A DNA stretch of 40,821 bases, taken from positions 1 to 40,821 of the forward strand of contig JBGPJH010000001.1 of NCBI GenBank assembly GCA_041485305.1. The letters are read 5' to 3'. The notes below the pieces were generated by a model that saw only the letters and a program-made list of their open reading frames with translations, was not told where the DNA came from and searched no databases. The translations under genes and the position numbers were made by a program. The stretch is from Vicinamibacteria bacterium (GTDB lineage: Bacteria > Acidobacteriota > Vicinamibacteria > Vicinamibacterales > CAVVIG01). Numbering within the stretch: position 1 is the first letter of the stretch; every line of letters begins with the position of its first letter. Positions 14,931 to 24,834 of this stretch are shown in pieces.

Positions 14931-15550
14931 TGGACAAACGCGCAGAACTGCGGGAGAAGGCGCTCAAGGACCTGCAGCACTCAGAGGTGCTGATGCTCGA
15001 CGGTCACTTCGATTACGGCAACGGATACCACGGCCGTGCCTACCTCAATCCACACCAGATGTTCCGCCATCCTTCGACCATCTGGCGCCTTGCTCAGGAT
15101 TTGATCGATCTGCTCCCCTCCGAGCTCGTCGCGCGGACGGAGGTCGTCGCCGGTCCGGTCACGGGTGGCGCACTCCTGGCGCACACGATCGCCGGTCTCC
15201 TCGACAGCCGCCGCAGCCTGTCGCACCCGCCTTGCCTCTTCGCACCTTTCAATTACGACACCGCGGCTGGCTTCACCCTCCGCGACTTCTACGGCCGAGA
15301 GGTTCGCGGCAAGCGGGTCCTCCTTGCCGACGACGTGCGAAACACGGGGGAGACGTTGGCGAAATGCGCCGCGCTCCTGATCGAAGCCGGCGGGACCGTT
15401 GTCGCAACGGTCGAAATCTACGATCGGATGGAAGCGATCGTGAGCCTTGGCGTTCCAAACATTGCCCTCGTCGAATGCAGGGCGCCCGAGAATTACACGG
15501 TGCGCAACTGTCCGCTCTGCAACGCGGGCGTTCCCATTACCAGGTTCTGA
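14930..15550 (+). CDS. Phosphoribosyltransferase family protein, divergent PyrE-like paralogue
   Basis: PRPP motif VLLADDVRNTGETL. The overall layout parallels the bona fide pyrE at 22649: GHF..G.H......P, then AGPVTGG, then a C-terminal CPLC. The start overlaps the pyrC stop (TGATG). Confidence 0.7.
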   Translation: MDKRAELREKALKDLQHSEVLMLDGHFDYGNGYHGRAYLNPHQMFRHPSTIWRLAQDLIDLLPSELVARTEVVAGPVTGGALLAHTIAGLLDSRRSLSHPPCLFAPFNYDTAAGFTLRDFYGREVRGKRVLLADDVRNTGETLAKCAALLIEAGGTVVATVEIYDRMEAIVSLGVPNIALVECRAPENYTVRNCPLCNAGVPITRF

Positions 15551-15623
15551 GCTCCAGCGCTCTGCCGGCAGGCGTCGGTCCTGGTGCGGTTGAAACGCGG
15601 ATGGGTGTGGTCACCTGGAACCG

Positions 15624-18143
15624 CTACCGCGCCCGGGGCACCAGGCGGATTCGACCGATCGCTCCGCGTTCGACATCGGCGCGTTGAGTCCGCATCTTGC
15701 GAGACCGAACCGCCCTCCAGTCAGCGAGGAAGTCGTCGTAGTGCGGCGACAGGAAGTGACCGGATTGCCCAACCGCATCCAGAAAGCGGCTGTCGTTGGT
15801 GGGCGAGAGATCGACGATTTGGCGGTAGCCCGGTACCGAGTGCTGCTCGAACGGTTCATCGGCAGCGACCGCGCCGACATTCACCGTGCTCCAGTCTCCG
15901 CCGTTCGGCACGGATCGGCTGAGGAACGGTCGCAATAGAGACACGGCGTCGAGACCCTGGTGCGGGAACACCGCCCGGTGAACACTATGCCACCGCCAAC
16001 GCTTGAGGTCGCGGCCCAGGCGACGGGTCAGGTCCGCCATCCCGTCGTGCAACGCTGCCGTGACCGTCCCCTCGCACGTCTCCCGCCTCGGCGTCCGCAC
16101 ATCGTCACACCATGAACTGCCGCCCGCGGTGAGGACGTTCGTGACGAACCGCGTGATGTGCGAGAACCGTCCCTCGTAGCTGGCGCTGACAACGGGACCA
16201 AGCTCGTCGCCAGCGAGAGACGGGGCCAGGCGAAGGAACCAGGCCTCGAAGATGGCCGGCGCCGCGCCGTCGGCCCGCGCGTCGAAGTTCCACTGCTGAA
16301 GGACCTCGACGGCTTGGCGATCGACCTCGGCCTCGGGCTGCACGTGCTGCAGCAATAGCGGGAGCAGTGCCTGTGCGTGCGGCGAAAAGGTGTCGGCCTG
16401 GATGGCCCGGAAGTCGTCGGTCGTCAGCCTCGGCTTTTGGCGGATGAGATCGGTGATGCGCTGCGCGCGATACGGTTCCGGGTACTCGAGAGCAATCAGG
16501 TGGGCACCGTCGCCAGGCGTTGGGCGGTTGTTCGCGGTGACGATGAAATGCGAGGGCGGATCCAGCATGTGCGGCAATTCATCGAAGCCGATCCAGCCGA
16601 TCCATTCGGCCTCTCCGGTCCATCCTTGGGCGGGACGCGAGCCATCGCCGGTCGCTCGCCGCGGAATGCGGCCGGGAGCGTAGTAGCCGATGTGGCCGTC
16701 CACGTCCGCGTAGACGAAATTCTGGGATGGCGCAACGATGTCGCGAAGGGCGGACGTGAAGTCCTCCCAATGGCGCGCGTCGTTGAGGCGCAGAAAGGCC
16801 ACTACCGTGCGGTCCTCTTCGTCGAGCGCCGTCCATCGAAGCGCCAGCGGTTCGAGAGCCGGCAGCGTCGACCTCGTTTTCGAGGCGGCGTTGTTGGCGT
16901 TGATCGCATCTGAGACGAGCGGACCGTGGCGGGTGATCCGCACGTCGACATGGACGGGCGTCCCGCCTCTGACCTCGATGGTTTCGGGTACAAAGCGGAT
17001 CGGCTCCGGCGTGCCGCGGAACTCCGCGGTCTTGCCCGTGGGGTCCAGGCGCTCGAGGTAGAGGTCCTCGACGTCAGCGGCGACGTTCGTTTCGCCCCAC
17101 GCGATGAACGTGTTCCGCCCGATGGCGATAGCGGGGGTACCGGGCAGCGTGGCGCCGACCGCGTCCCAGTCGCCCACCGACATGTGCGCGAGATACCAGA
17201 GGGAGGGGACGTGGGCACCAAGATGCGGGTCGTTGGCGAGCATCGGTCTGCCGCTCGCGGTGAGCGTGCCGTCGACGACCCAATTGTTCGAACCGAGCGC
17301 TTCGGTCGTGCCGTCGCGGAGCAGCAAATCGCGAACCCCGGGGATACCGGCAGACAGGCCACCGGCGAAAGCGGCCATCCAGCCCGAGTCCAACGTCTGG
17401 TGCGATGCCGAGCCAGAGGCCGGCGCGTCTCGGCGCGGGGGCTGGAGGCGCCGGACTCCCAGCTCTCCCTGTGGGGACGCCCCGTCCAAAATGCTCAGGC
17501 CGTGCGGCGGATAGGGTGGCAGCAGCTCGTTCATTCGCTCAAGTCCCACGCGCGCCATGATGTCGTGGCGTGTCAACTCGAACGAATAGTTCGCGCTGAG
17601 GTCCCATGCCATCATCTTCACCCAGACAAGAACGTCGGCACCGCTGAAGGGCCCTGGCTCGAAGCGTAGCACCGTGAACTCGGGCGGGAGCTGTCGACCG
17701 TGATGGGTCGCGATGAATGCGTTCACGCCCGAGACGTACGCGTCGATCTGGCTTCGGGCATCAGCCGGCAGGCGATCCCAGGCCGAGCGCGCCGCCCGGC
17801 CGAATCCGACCGTGCGGAGAAAGCGGTCCTGGGGCACGGTGGTCGTACCGAACACTTCCGACAGCCGGCCGAATCCGACCCGCCGTTGAAACTCCATCTG
17901 CCACAGACGATCTTGGGCGTGGACGTAGCCAAGTCCATAGAGCGCATCGGCTTTCGTGGACGCAAAGATGTGCGGGATGTCGTCCCCGTCCCTGATAACG
18001 TCGACGGGGCCGGAGAGGCCTTGCACGGCCACCTCTCCGGTGGTCGACGGCAACGAACCGCGGAGATACCAGTACGCGATCGCGCCCGTGGCGGCGACGA
18101 GCGCGGCGATGGCAGCAAGCGTTGTGATCACGGCTCGGCGCAT
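15624..18143 (-). CDS. Penicillin acylase / AHL-acylase family Ntn hydrolase (periplasmic)
   Basis: N-terminal TM/signal segment. LGSNNWVV contains the autoproteolytic Ser nucleophile. The size (about 840 aa) and the motifs DRLWQM and NDPHL are typical of the penicillin amidase (S45) family. Confidence 0.88.
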   Translation of the reverse strand: MRRAVITTLAAIAALVAATGAIAYWYLRGSLPSTTGEVAVQGLSGPVDVIRDGDDIPHIFASTKADALYGLGYVHAQDRLWQMEFQRRVGFGRLSEVFGTTTVPQDRFLRTVGFGRAARSAWDRLPADARSQIDAYVSGVNAFIATHHGRQLPPEFTVLRFEPGPFSGADVLVWVKMMAWDLSANYSFELTRHDIMARVGLERMNELLPPYPPHGLSILDGASPQGELGVRRLQPPRRDAPASGSASHQTLDSGWMAAFAGGLSAGIPGVRDLLLRDGTTEALGSNNWVVDGTLTASGRPMLANDPHLGAHVPSLWYLAHMSVGDWDAVGATLPGTPAIAIGRNTFIAWGETNVAADVEDLYLERLDPTGKTAEFRGTPEPIRFVPETIEVRGGTPVHVDVRITRHGPLVSDAINANNAASKTRSTLPALEPLALRWTALDEEDRTVVAFLRLNDARHWEDFTSALRDIVAPSQNFVYADVDGHIGYYAPGRIPRRATGDGSRPAQGWTGEAEWIGWIGFDELPHMLDPPSHFIVTANNRPTPGDGAHLIALEYPEPYRAQRITDLIRQKPRLTTDDFRAIQADTFSPHAQALLPLLLQHVQPEAEVDRQAVEVLQQWNFDARADGAAPAIFEAWFLRLAPSLAGDELGPVVSASYEGRFSHITRFVTNVLTAGGSSWCDDVRTPRRETCEGTVTAALHDGMADLTRRLGRDLKRWRWHSVHRAVFPHQGLDAVSLLRPFLSRSVPNGGDWSTVNVGAVAADEPFEQHSVPGYRQIVDLSPTNDSRFLDAVGQSGHFLSPHYDDFLADWRAVRSRKMRTQRADVERGAIGRIRLVPRAR

Positions 18144-18165
18144 GTCAGGATCATAGCCAAACGGC

Positions 18166-19080
18166 ATGCAGAAGTCAGACGGCGGCGTGCGGACCGACGA
18201 GTTGAGACCGGCGCTCAATGGGCTCTACGAAAGCTTCAACCATCCCGATTCCGCGGCGGACCCGATTCAGATCGTCCGGCGGTTCCCTCGACGAGACGAC
18301 CGGGAAGTCGTGGGATTCTGTGCGGCCGCCCTGGCATTTGGACGCGTGACCAGCGTCCTGCAATCGATCGAAAGGCTGGTCGCGATCATGGGCGATCGGC
18401 CCGCGGAATACGTGCGCGCGTTCGAGCCGCACCGCGAAGGCCGTCACTTCAAGGGGCTCGTGCACCGTTGGACGCGGGGGCCGGATCTGGTGGCGCTCCT
18501 GTGGCTGCTCAAGCAGATCGTCGATCGCAGCGGATCCATCGAGGGATTCCTGCTCGAGGGGCACAATGTGACGGCGCCCCATATCGGTCCGGCCCTCGAC
18601 CAGTTCTCCCGACGGGCACTCGCGCTCGACCTGGGCCGTGCCTACGGTCGAGTGCCAGTTCGCCCGGGCGTCGGCTACTTCTTTCCGCGCCCGTCGAGTG
18701 GGAGCGCCTGCAAGCGGCTCAATCTCTACTTGCGCTGGATGGTCCGCCGTGACGCGCTCGATCTCGGGGTATGGACACGCCTGGAGCCCGCGGCCCTGAT
18801 TGTGCCGCTCGACACCCACGTCATTCGTGTGGGGCAATGCCTGCGCCTGACGCGCTACAAGACGCCTGGCTGGCGGATGGCCGAGGACATCACCGCCTCG
18901 CTTCGCCGCTTGGATCCGCTCGACCCCGTAAAGTACGACTTCGCGCTCTGTCACCTGGGCATGGGAAACGCCTGCGGCTTCAATCGTGCCGAGCGAGACT
19001 CGCAGTGTCCGCTTCGCGGGCTGTGCCGACCACGCGGGCGTACACGGCAGCCGTCTCGGTCACCATCCGCTCCACAGTGA
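18166..19080 (+). CDS. TIGR02757 / DUF2400 family protein (HhH-GPD-like, function unknown)
   Basis: VVGFCAAALAFGRV, ACKRLNLYLRWMVR, PLDTHV and a Cys-rich C-terminus (CHLGMGNACGF...CPLRGLC) match my recollection of this family. Confidence 0.7.
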   Translation: MQKSDGGVRTDELRPALNGLYESFNHPDSAADPIQIVRRFPRRDDREVVGFCAAALAFGRVTSVLQSIERLVAIMGDRPAEYVRAFEPHREGRHFKGLVHRWTRGPDLVALLWLLKQIVDRSGSIEGFLLEGHNVTAPHIGPALDQFSRRALALDLGRAYGRVPVRPGVGYFFPRPSSGSACKRLNLYLRWMVRRDALDLGVWTRLEPAALIVPLDTHVIRVGQCLRLTRYKTPGWRMAEDITASLRRLDPLDPVKYDFALCHLGMGNACGFNRAERDSQCPLRGLCRPRGRTRQPSRSPSAPQ

Positions 19081-20119
19081 ACCGCTCGCTGACGCGAGCG
19101 AATCCGGCCTCGCCCATGCGGCGGCGCTGGTCGCGATTCGTCAGCAGCTGCACGATCGCCTGCGCCAGCTGGCGATGGTCGCGTGGCTCGACGAGCAGAC
19201 CCGTGACATCGTCCTCCACCACTTCGGGAATCCCGCCCGTGCGGGTGGCGACCACGGCCTTCGAGCACGCCATGGCGTCCAACAGCGACGTGCCGAGCCC
19301 CTCGGACACCGAACTCATCGCGAACAGGTCGAACCCCTTGAGGCACCCCAGGACGTCGGTTCGAAACCCGGGCAGTCGCACGTGCTTGTCGAGGTGATGC
19401 TCCCGCACGAGCCGCTCGAGGTGATCCCGTAGTTCGCCTTCGCCGAGAATGATGAACCGGGCATCGGGGACCTCCCGGACCACGAGCGGAGCGGCGTCGA
19501 TGAGATGACGCTGACCTTTGTGGGGCACCAGCGCGGCTACGTTGCCAACGACCGGGGATTCGTGAGGCAGCCAGAAGGCTTCGTGCACGTTCACGGGCGG
19601 CGCGGCAAGCACGTGGTCGACGTCGATGCCCTCGTGCACCGTCACGGTCTTCTCCGGAGCCACGCCGTCGGCGACGAGCATGCGCCGAATGGCTTCAGAC
19701 GCCGCGATGAAGCAGTCGACCTGACGATGCTTCCAGCGCGAGAACGAATTGCCTTTCAGGTGAAAATCCACGCGGCGCGACGCGACCAGGGGCGGGACCC
19801 GACCGTCCTTGCTGGAGGCGCCAAGCGACAAGGCGAGCGATGCCATCGCCACGGCGTGCGGATCGTGGGCGTGGACCACGTCCGGCCGAAGGCGCCTGAC
19901 GACGCGCGAGAGCCGCCAGGCCGCCGACAAGTCGACTTCAGTGCGCGGAGCCAACGGCACCAACTCGAGTCCTTCGTCGGCCCGCTGCCTCAGCTCGCCG
20001 TCCGGGTGCGCCACCAGCGCGGCGCGGTGACCGATCGCGCGAAGACCGTTGACGGTGAGCAGGACCTGGTTCTGTCCGCCCCGCCACGTTCGGGCCGAGT
20101 CAATGTGCAGCGAGAACAT
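18980..20119 (-). CDS. Glycosyltransferase family 4 (GT-B, WaaG/RfaG-like)
   Basis: The N-terminal segment WRGGQNQVLL...GH is typical of GT4 LPS-core-like enzymes. The C-terminal EGLGTSLLDAMACSKAVVAT..GGIPEVV is an E-x7-E type GT1/GT4 motif. Confidence 0.88.
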   Translation of the reverse strand: MFSLHIDSARTWRGGQNQVLLTVNGLRAIGHRAALVAHPDGELRQRADEGLELVPLAPRTEVDLSAAWRLSRVVRRLRPDVVHAHDPHAVAMASLALSLGASSKDGRVPPLVASRRVDFHLKGNSFSRWKHRQVDCFIAASEAIRRMLVADGVAPEKTVTVHEGIDVDHVLAAPPVNVHEAFWLPHESPVVGNVAALVPHKGQRHLIDAAPLVVREVPDARFIILGEGELRDHLERLVREHHLDKHVRLPGFRTDVLGCLKGFDLFAMSSVSEGLGTSLLDAMACSKAVVATRTGGIPEVVEDDVTGLLVEPRDHRQLAQAIVQLLTNRDQRRRMGEAGFARVSERFTVERMVTETAAVYARVVGTAREADTASLARHD

Positions 20120-20870
20120 CGTCTGGCGCGCGCTGCTGAAGTTCGTGAAGCTTCGCGAACTTCAGAAACACGTAGTACGCGTTCAGTACGGAGATGATGA
20201 GGCCGGGGACTCCGTCTCGAAACCCGCCCCGGACGATGTAGTTGCGGAGAAACGCGAGAGGAGCATGGGCGGCGAGCTGCAGGAACCCGGCGCGTCCCCC
20301 TCGCTCGCGCATCTGAAGCGCGGCGTACGTCGTGTAGCGATCGATCGTCTCCAGATGATCGGAGACATCGCGGTATGCGAAGTGCTGCAACTCGCCAGCC
20401 AGGCGGCCGACGGTCCCGTTCACCGTCACCGCCTCGTGTACGTACCGGCCCGTCCACTGGGCCGACTGGCGGTTGTAGAGGCGCAGTTGGTAGTCGGGAT
20501 ACCAGTCGGTGCTGCGAATCCACCGGCCCAGATGCCACGTGACGCGAGGCATCCGATATCCCTCGTTCGCCGGTCCCGTCAGGACCGCGCGAATCTCCTC
20601 GGCCAGCGCGGGTGTCACCCGCTCGTCAGCGTCGACCGAGAGGATCCAGTCGTGGGTGGCGAGCGATGCGGCGTAATTCTTCTGTGCGACGTAGCCGTCC
20701 CATTGACGCACGACGACGCGGTCGGTGAACGCGCGCGCGATGTCGACGGTGGCGTCATGACTGTCCGAGTCGACGACCACGATCTCGTCGGCCCATTGGA
20801 CCGACGCGAGCGCCGCGGCGATCTGCGTCGCTTCGTTCTTGGTGATAACCGTGACCGAGAGCTTCCTCAC
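20100..20870 (-). CDS. Glycosyltransferase family 2 (LPS-core type, KdtX/WaaE-like)
   Basis: LSVTVITKNEA...EIVVVDSDSHDAT...WILSVDADE carries the GT-A DxD-type motifs. It overlaps the GT4 gene by 20 nt. Confidence 0.88.
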   Translation of the reverse strand: MRKLSVTVITKNEATQIAAALASVQWADEIVVVDSDSHDATVDIARAFTDRVVVRQWDGYVAQKNYAASLATHDWILSVDADERVTPALAEEIRAVLTGPANEGYRMPRVTWHLGRWIRSTDWYPDYQLRLYNRQSAQWTGRYVHEAVTVNGTVGRLAGELQHFAYRDVSDHLETIDRYTTYAALQMRERGGRAGFLQLAAHAPLAFLRNYIVRGGFRDGVPGLIISVLNAYYVFLKFAKLHELQQRAPDDVLAAH

Positions 20871-20929
20871 GCGGGGAGTCTAGCAGAAGGGGCGAGGTGG
20901 CCCCGGCGCTCCCTGCTCCCCAGCCCCGC

Positions 20930-22564
20930 CTAGCGCTGTACTGCACCGGCAGCGGCAGAAGTCACCGGGCTGCTGCCGGCGAGCGACGTGTCCTGAACGG
21001 CCTCGAGATCGACGAGCGACTTGTTGTAATCGGCAAGCGCGCGGATTTCGTTGGTCCGGGCCTGGGCCAGATCCCGCTGCGCCTGGAAGACGAAGAAGCT
21101 GATTTGAATACCCGCGGCGAACTTCTTTTCTTCGGCTTCCAGGCGCCGCTCCGCGAGCTCACGGGCCGCGCGCGCGCTATCCACCCGCTTGTGGTTCGTC
21201 TGAACCTGTCGCGCAGCATCCCGTACCTGAGCGGTCACCTGCAGCTCGAGGTTCCTCACTTGCACTTCGGCCTGGGAGAGCTGCAGCCTGGCGCGGGCCA
21301 GGTTGGTCTCGGCCGTGCTGGTTCCGATCGGATACGACACGGTCACGCCGAACGTCCATGTCGGAAATGCGCTCGTCAAGACGTCGCCAAGAACAGAGCT
21401 GAACGCGCGCTCGGACACGATCGACCGCGAAACCGCGCTGGTGACCGGAAACGACGTGAGCGGACTCAACACGGCTCCACCCACCGCGGTGCTCGTGTAC
21501 GTCGCTTGCGCATTGACCTCGGGCAGTACCTGGTTGCGGAAGTACCTGATGCTGATGTCGCTCCGCGCCAAGCTGTTCTTGGCCAGTTGCACGTCGGTAC
21601 GGTTCGCCAACGCCCGTCGCACGCCCCGTTCGACGTCGACCGTCTGTGCCTGAAATGGCATCGGGTCGGTCGGCTCGAGGCTCATGTTCCAGAAGTCGGG
21701 CGTCGACGGGTCGAAGATGAGCGCGCGCAGTCGATCTTCGGCCTGTTTGATGCCAGCCTCGGCCACGATGACGGACTCCTCGTTTCGCGCCACCTCTGAC
21801 TGGGCTTCGACGATGTCGATCGGCGCCATGGTGCCGATCTGCACCCGCTTCTCGTTATCTGCCAGCAACCGCTTCGAGAGGTCCAGCGACTGTTGCTGCG
21901 CTTTGAGGTTGTCCAGCTGATACGCGAGGTCCCAGTACGCGTTCTTGACGTTCCGGGTCGTCAGTGCAATCGTCGACCGCAGCTGCACGTCCGATGCCTC
22001 GCGATCCTTGCGGCTCACGGCCAGCTGCTGCCTGGCGCTGTCGAACTTCAGGTTCTTGAGCAGCGGCTGGGTGACGTTGAAGGAAACGTTCGAGCTGAGC
22101 AGCGGCTCGAAGCTGTTGAAAAAGTTGGTCGATGTCGCCCGGGAGCTGTTCCAGGCCAGCGAGTAGTTCGCCCCGGTCGGCAGCGTCTGATTCAGGCCCA
22201 GTTGGGTCGCGAGGCGCGAGTCGGTGACCTTGCTCTGCCCGCCGGCAAACACGTTGGTCGGTGGCGTGCTCTGCGAGTTGTTCGTGAGGCTCGACGTCAG
22301 ATTTGGCACCCACAGACTGCGCGCCTGCGAGACGGCAATGTCCTCGATCTGAGGATTGAGCCGCTCGATCCGGATTCCGAGGTTCTGTTCGAGCGCGAGC
22401 TTCACCGCATCGTCTACCGAGAGCCGCCGGACGATGCCCGAGGACTGGCCGGTATCCACCGCCGTCTGGCCGAACAGAGACGTGCTCGAGACGATCGCCG
22501 CTAGCGCGAGCGCCATCGTGACGCGCAGCATCGAGTAGGACATGGACGAGTGCTCCATCTGCAA
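20930..22564 (-). CDS. tolC: TolC-family outer membrane efflux protein
   Basis: A signal peptide (MLRVTMALALAAIVSSTSLFGQ) and two OEP repeats with typical coiled-coil segments (LSLDDAVKLALEQN..., AEAGIKQAEDRL...). The true start may be one of the internal Mets up to 22531. Confidence 0.85.
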   Translation of the reverse strand: MQMEHSSMSYSMLRVTMALALAAIVSSTSLFGQTAVDTGQSSGIVRRLSVDDAVKLALEQNLGIRIERLNPQIEDIAVSQARSLWVPNLTSSLTNNSQSTPPTNVFAGGQSKVTDSRLATQLGLNQTLPTGANYSLAWNSSRATSTNFFNSFEPLLSSNVSFNVTQPLLKNLKFDSARQQLAVSRKDREASDVQLRSTIALTTRNVKNAYWDLAYQLDNLKAQQQSLDLSKRLLADNEKRVQIGTMAPIDIVEAQSEVARNEESVIVAEAGIKQAEDRLRALIFDPSTPDFWNMSLEPTDPMPFQAQTVDVERGVRRALANRTDVQLAKNSLARSDISIRYFRNQVLPEVNAQATYTSTAVGGAVLSPLTSFPVTSAVSRSIVSERAFSSVLGDVLTSAFPTWTFGVTVSYPIGTSTAETNLARARLQLSQAEVQVRNLELQVTAQVRDAARQVQTNHKRVDSARAARELAERRLEAEEKKFAAGIQISFFVFQAQRDLAQARTNEIRALADYNKSLVDLEAVQDTSLAGSSPVTSAAAGAVQR

Positions 22565-22648
22565 AGGACAGGGGTTCTGGTTAAGAGTAGTAGACGCTCG
22601 GGCGGGCCATTCGGTTCAAAGGCCCGAAAGGTATACTACCGGACGCCC

Positions 22649-23230
22649 ATGGCACCACGCGAAGAACTGCTCGATCTGTTCGAGAAAACCAGCGCCCTGC
22701 TCGAAGGCCACTTTCGCCTGTCGTCCGGCCTCCACAGCAACGGGTACCTGCAGTGCGCGCTGGTCCTGCAGCACCCCGAACACGCTCAATGGCTCGGTCG
22801 AGCCATCGCGGCGCGCACTGGAGATCTGCGGGCGACCGTGGTGTTGTCGCCGGCCCTCGGGGGCGTCATCATCGGTCATGAGGTGGGCCGCGCGTTGGGA
22901 GTGCGGGCCCTGTTTGCCGAGCGGCAAGACGGCGCCTTGGAGCTGCGCCGCGGTTTCGTGCTCGGCGAGACCGACCGTGTGCTGGTCGTCGAGGACGTAC
23001 TGACGACTGGTGGATCTACTCGCGAGACGATGCGGGTCGCTGCCGCCTCGGGAGCGCTTGTGGTCGGCGCGGCGTCCATCGTCGACAGAAGCGGCGGGAA
23101 CGCGCGGCTCGATGTACCGTTCCAGGCTCTACTCACCCTCGATCTGCCGACCTACCAGCCCGACCAGTGCCCGCTGTGCGCCAGGGGGCTACCCATCGCG
23201 AAACCCGGATCCCGAGTGGCCGTTTCGTGA
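22649..23230 (+). CDS. pyrE: Orotate phosphoribosyltransferase
   Basis: LLEGHFRLSSGLHSNGYLQ and the PRPP motif VLVVEDVLTTGGSTRE, with a C-terminal CPLC...PGS tail. The start is at the internal ATG 22649. Confidence 0.9.
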   Translation: MAPREELLDLFEKTSALLEGHFRLSSGLHSNGYLQCALVLQHPEHAQWLGRAIAARTGDLRATVVLSPALGGVIIGHEVGRALGVRALFAERQDGALELRRGFVLGETDRVLVVEDVLTTGGSTRETMRVAAASGALVVGAASIVDRSGGNARLDVPFQALLTLDLPTYQPDQCPLCARGLPIAKPGSRVAVS

Positions 23231-23231
23231 C

Positions 23232-23978
23232 TTGCCGACCTTCAAGCTGACGATCGCCTACGACGGCTCGACTTATGTGGGCTGGCAGCGCCAGGCGTCC
23301 GGGCCCTCCATCCAGTCCGTTCTCGAGGGCGCGTGTGGTGAGCTTGCCGGCCGTGAGGTCTCCGTAACAGCGGCCGGCCGCACCGATGCCGGTGTGCACG
23401 CGCTTGGCCAGGTCGCTGGCGTGTCGATCGACCGCGCCATCGACGGTCGGACATTGACTCGTGCGCTCAATTGGCGCCTGCCGGCAACCATTCGCGTGCT
23501 CGGTGCCGTCGAAGTGCCGGATGGGTTCCACGCGCGCTTCGACGCGCGGTTCAAGGTGTACCGGTATCGCATCTGGAACGCCGAGGTGTGCAGCCCGTTC
23601 GAGCGTGCGTACGCCTGGCACATCCCCTCGCCCAATCTCGACGTCGAGACGATGGCAGAGGCGGCACGGCTGCTCGAAGGCTTGCACGACTTTGCGGCGT
23701 TTCGAGGAGCCGGGACCGCGACTGGTGGGACCGAGCGCACGGTATTTTCGTCGCGCGTCGCGCGAGAACCCGGATCGAAGCTCATCACTTACGACGTGTC
23801 CGGCGATGGGTTCCTGCGCTACATGGTCCGGAACCTTGTGGGAAGCCTCGTCGAGGTTGGTCGTGGGCGTCATGCGGCGGACTGGGTCCGGGACGTGCTG
23901 GTCTCGGGGGACCGCGGGCGGGCAGGGCCGACGGCTCCTGCCGACGGGCTGTTCTTGATGGCCGTGGGGTACGAGTGA
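23232..23978 (+). CDS. truA: tRNA pseudouridine(38-40) synthase TruA
   Basis: KLTIAYDGSTYVGWQRQ and the catalytic GRTDAGVHALGQV. The start is uncertain. TTG 23232 was chosen because it lies just after the pyrE stop. An upstream ATG at 23112 would overlap pyrE by about 120 nt. Confidence 0.85.
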   Translation: MPTFKLTIAYDGSTYVGWQRQASGPSIQSVLEGACGELAGREVSVTAAGRTDAGVHALGQVAGVSIDRAIDGRTLTRALNWRLPATIRVLGAVEVPDGFHARFDARFKVYRYRIWNAEVCSPFERAYAWHIPSPNLDVETMAEAARLLEGLHDFAAFRGAGTATGGTERTVFSSRVAREPGSKLITYDVSGDGFLRYMVRNLVGSLVEVGRGRHAADWVRDVLVSGDRGRAGPTAPADGLFLMAVGYE

Positions 23979-24002
23979 GGGCCCTCGGCCGTTCTGGCCA
24001 CA

Positions 24003-24011
24003 TGGTACAAT
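24003..24011 (+). promoter_or_regulatory. Candidate extended -10 promoter element (TGgTACAAT) upstream of uppS
   Basis: TG at 24003-24004 and TACAAT at 24006-24011, 32 nt upstream of the uppS ATG. Confidence 0.3.
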
Positions 24012-24042
24012 CAGAAGTTTCAGCACGAAGGGTGTGGCTTGA

Positions 24043-24830
<788 letters not shown>

Positions 24831-24834
<4 letters not shown>

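Noticed and set aside
18980-19080. A 101-bp convergent overlap between the TIGR02757 gene and the GT4 glycosyltransferase.
   Set aside because: The conserved portions of both proteins end near 19027. The overlap consists of non-conserved-looking C-terminal tails, most simply explained by the scarcity of stop codons in GC-rich sequence.
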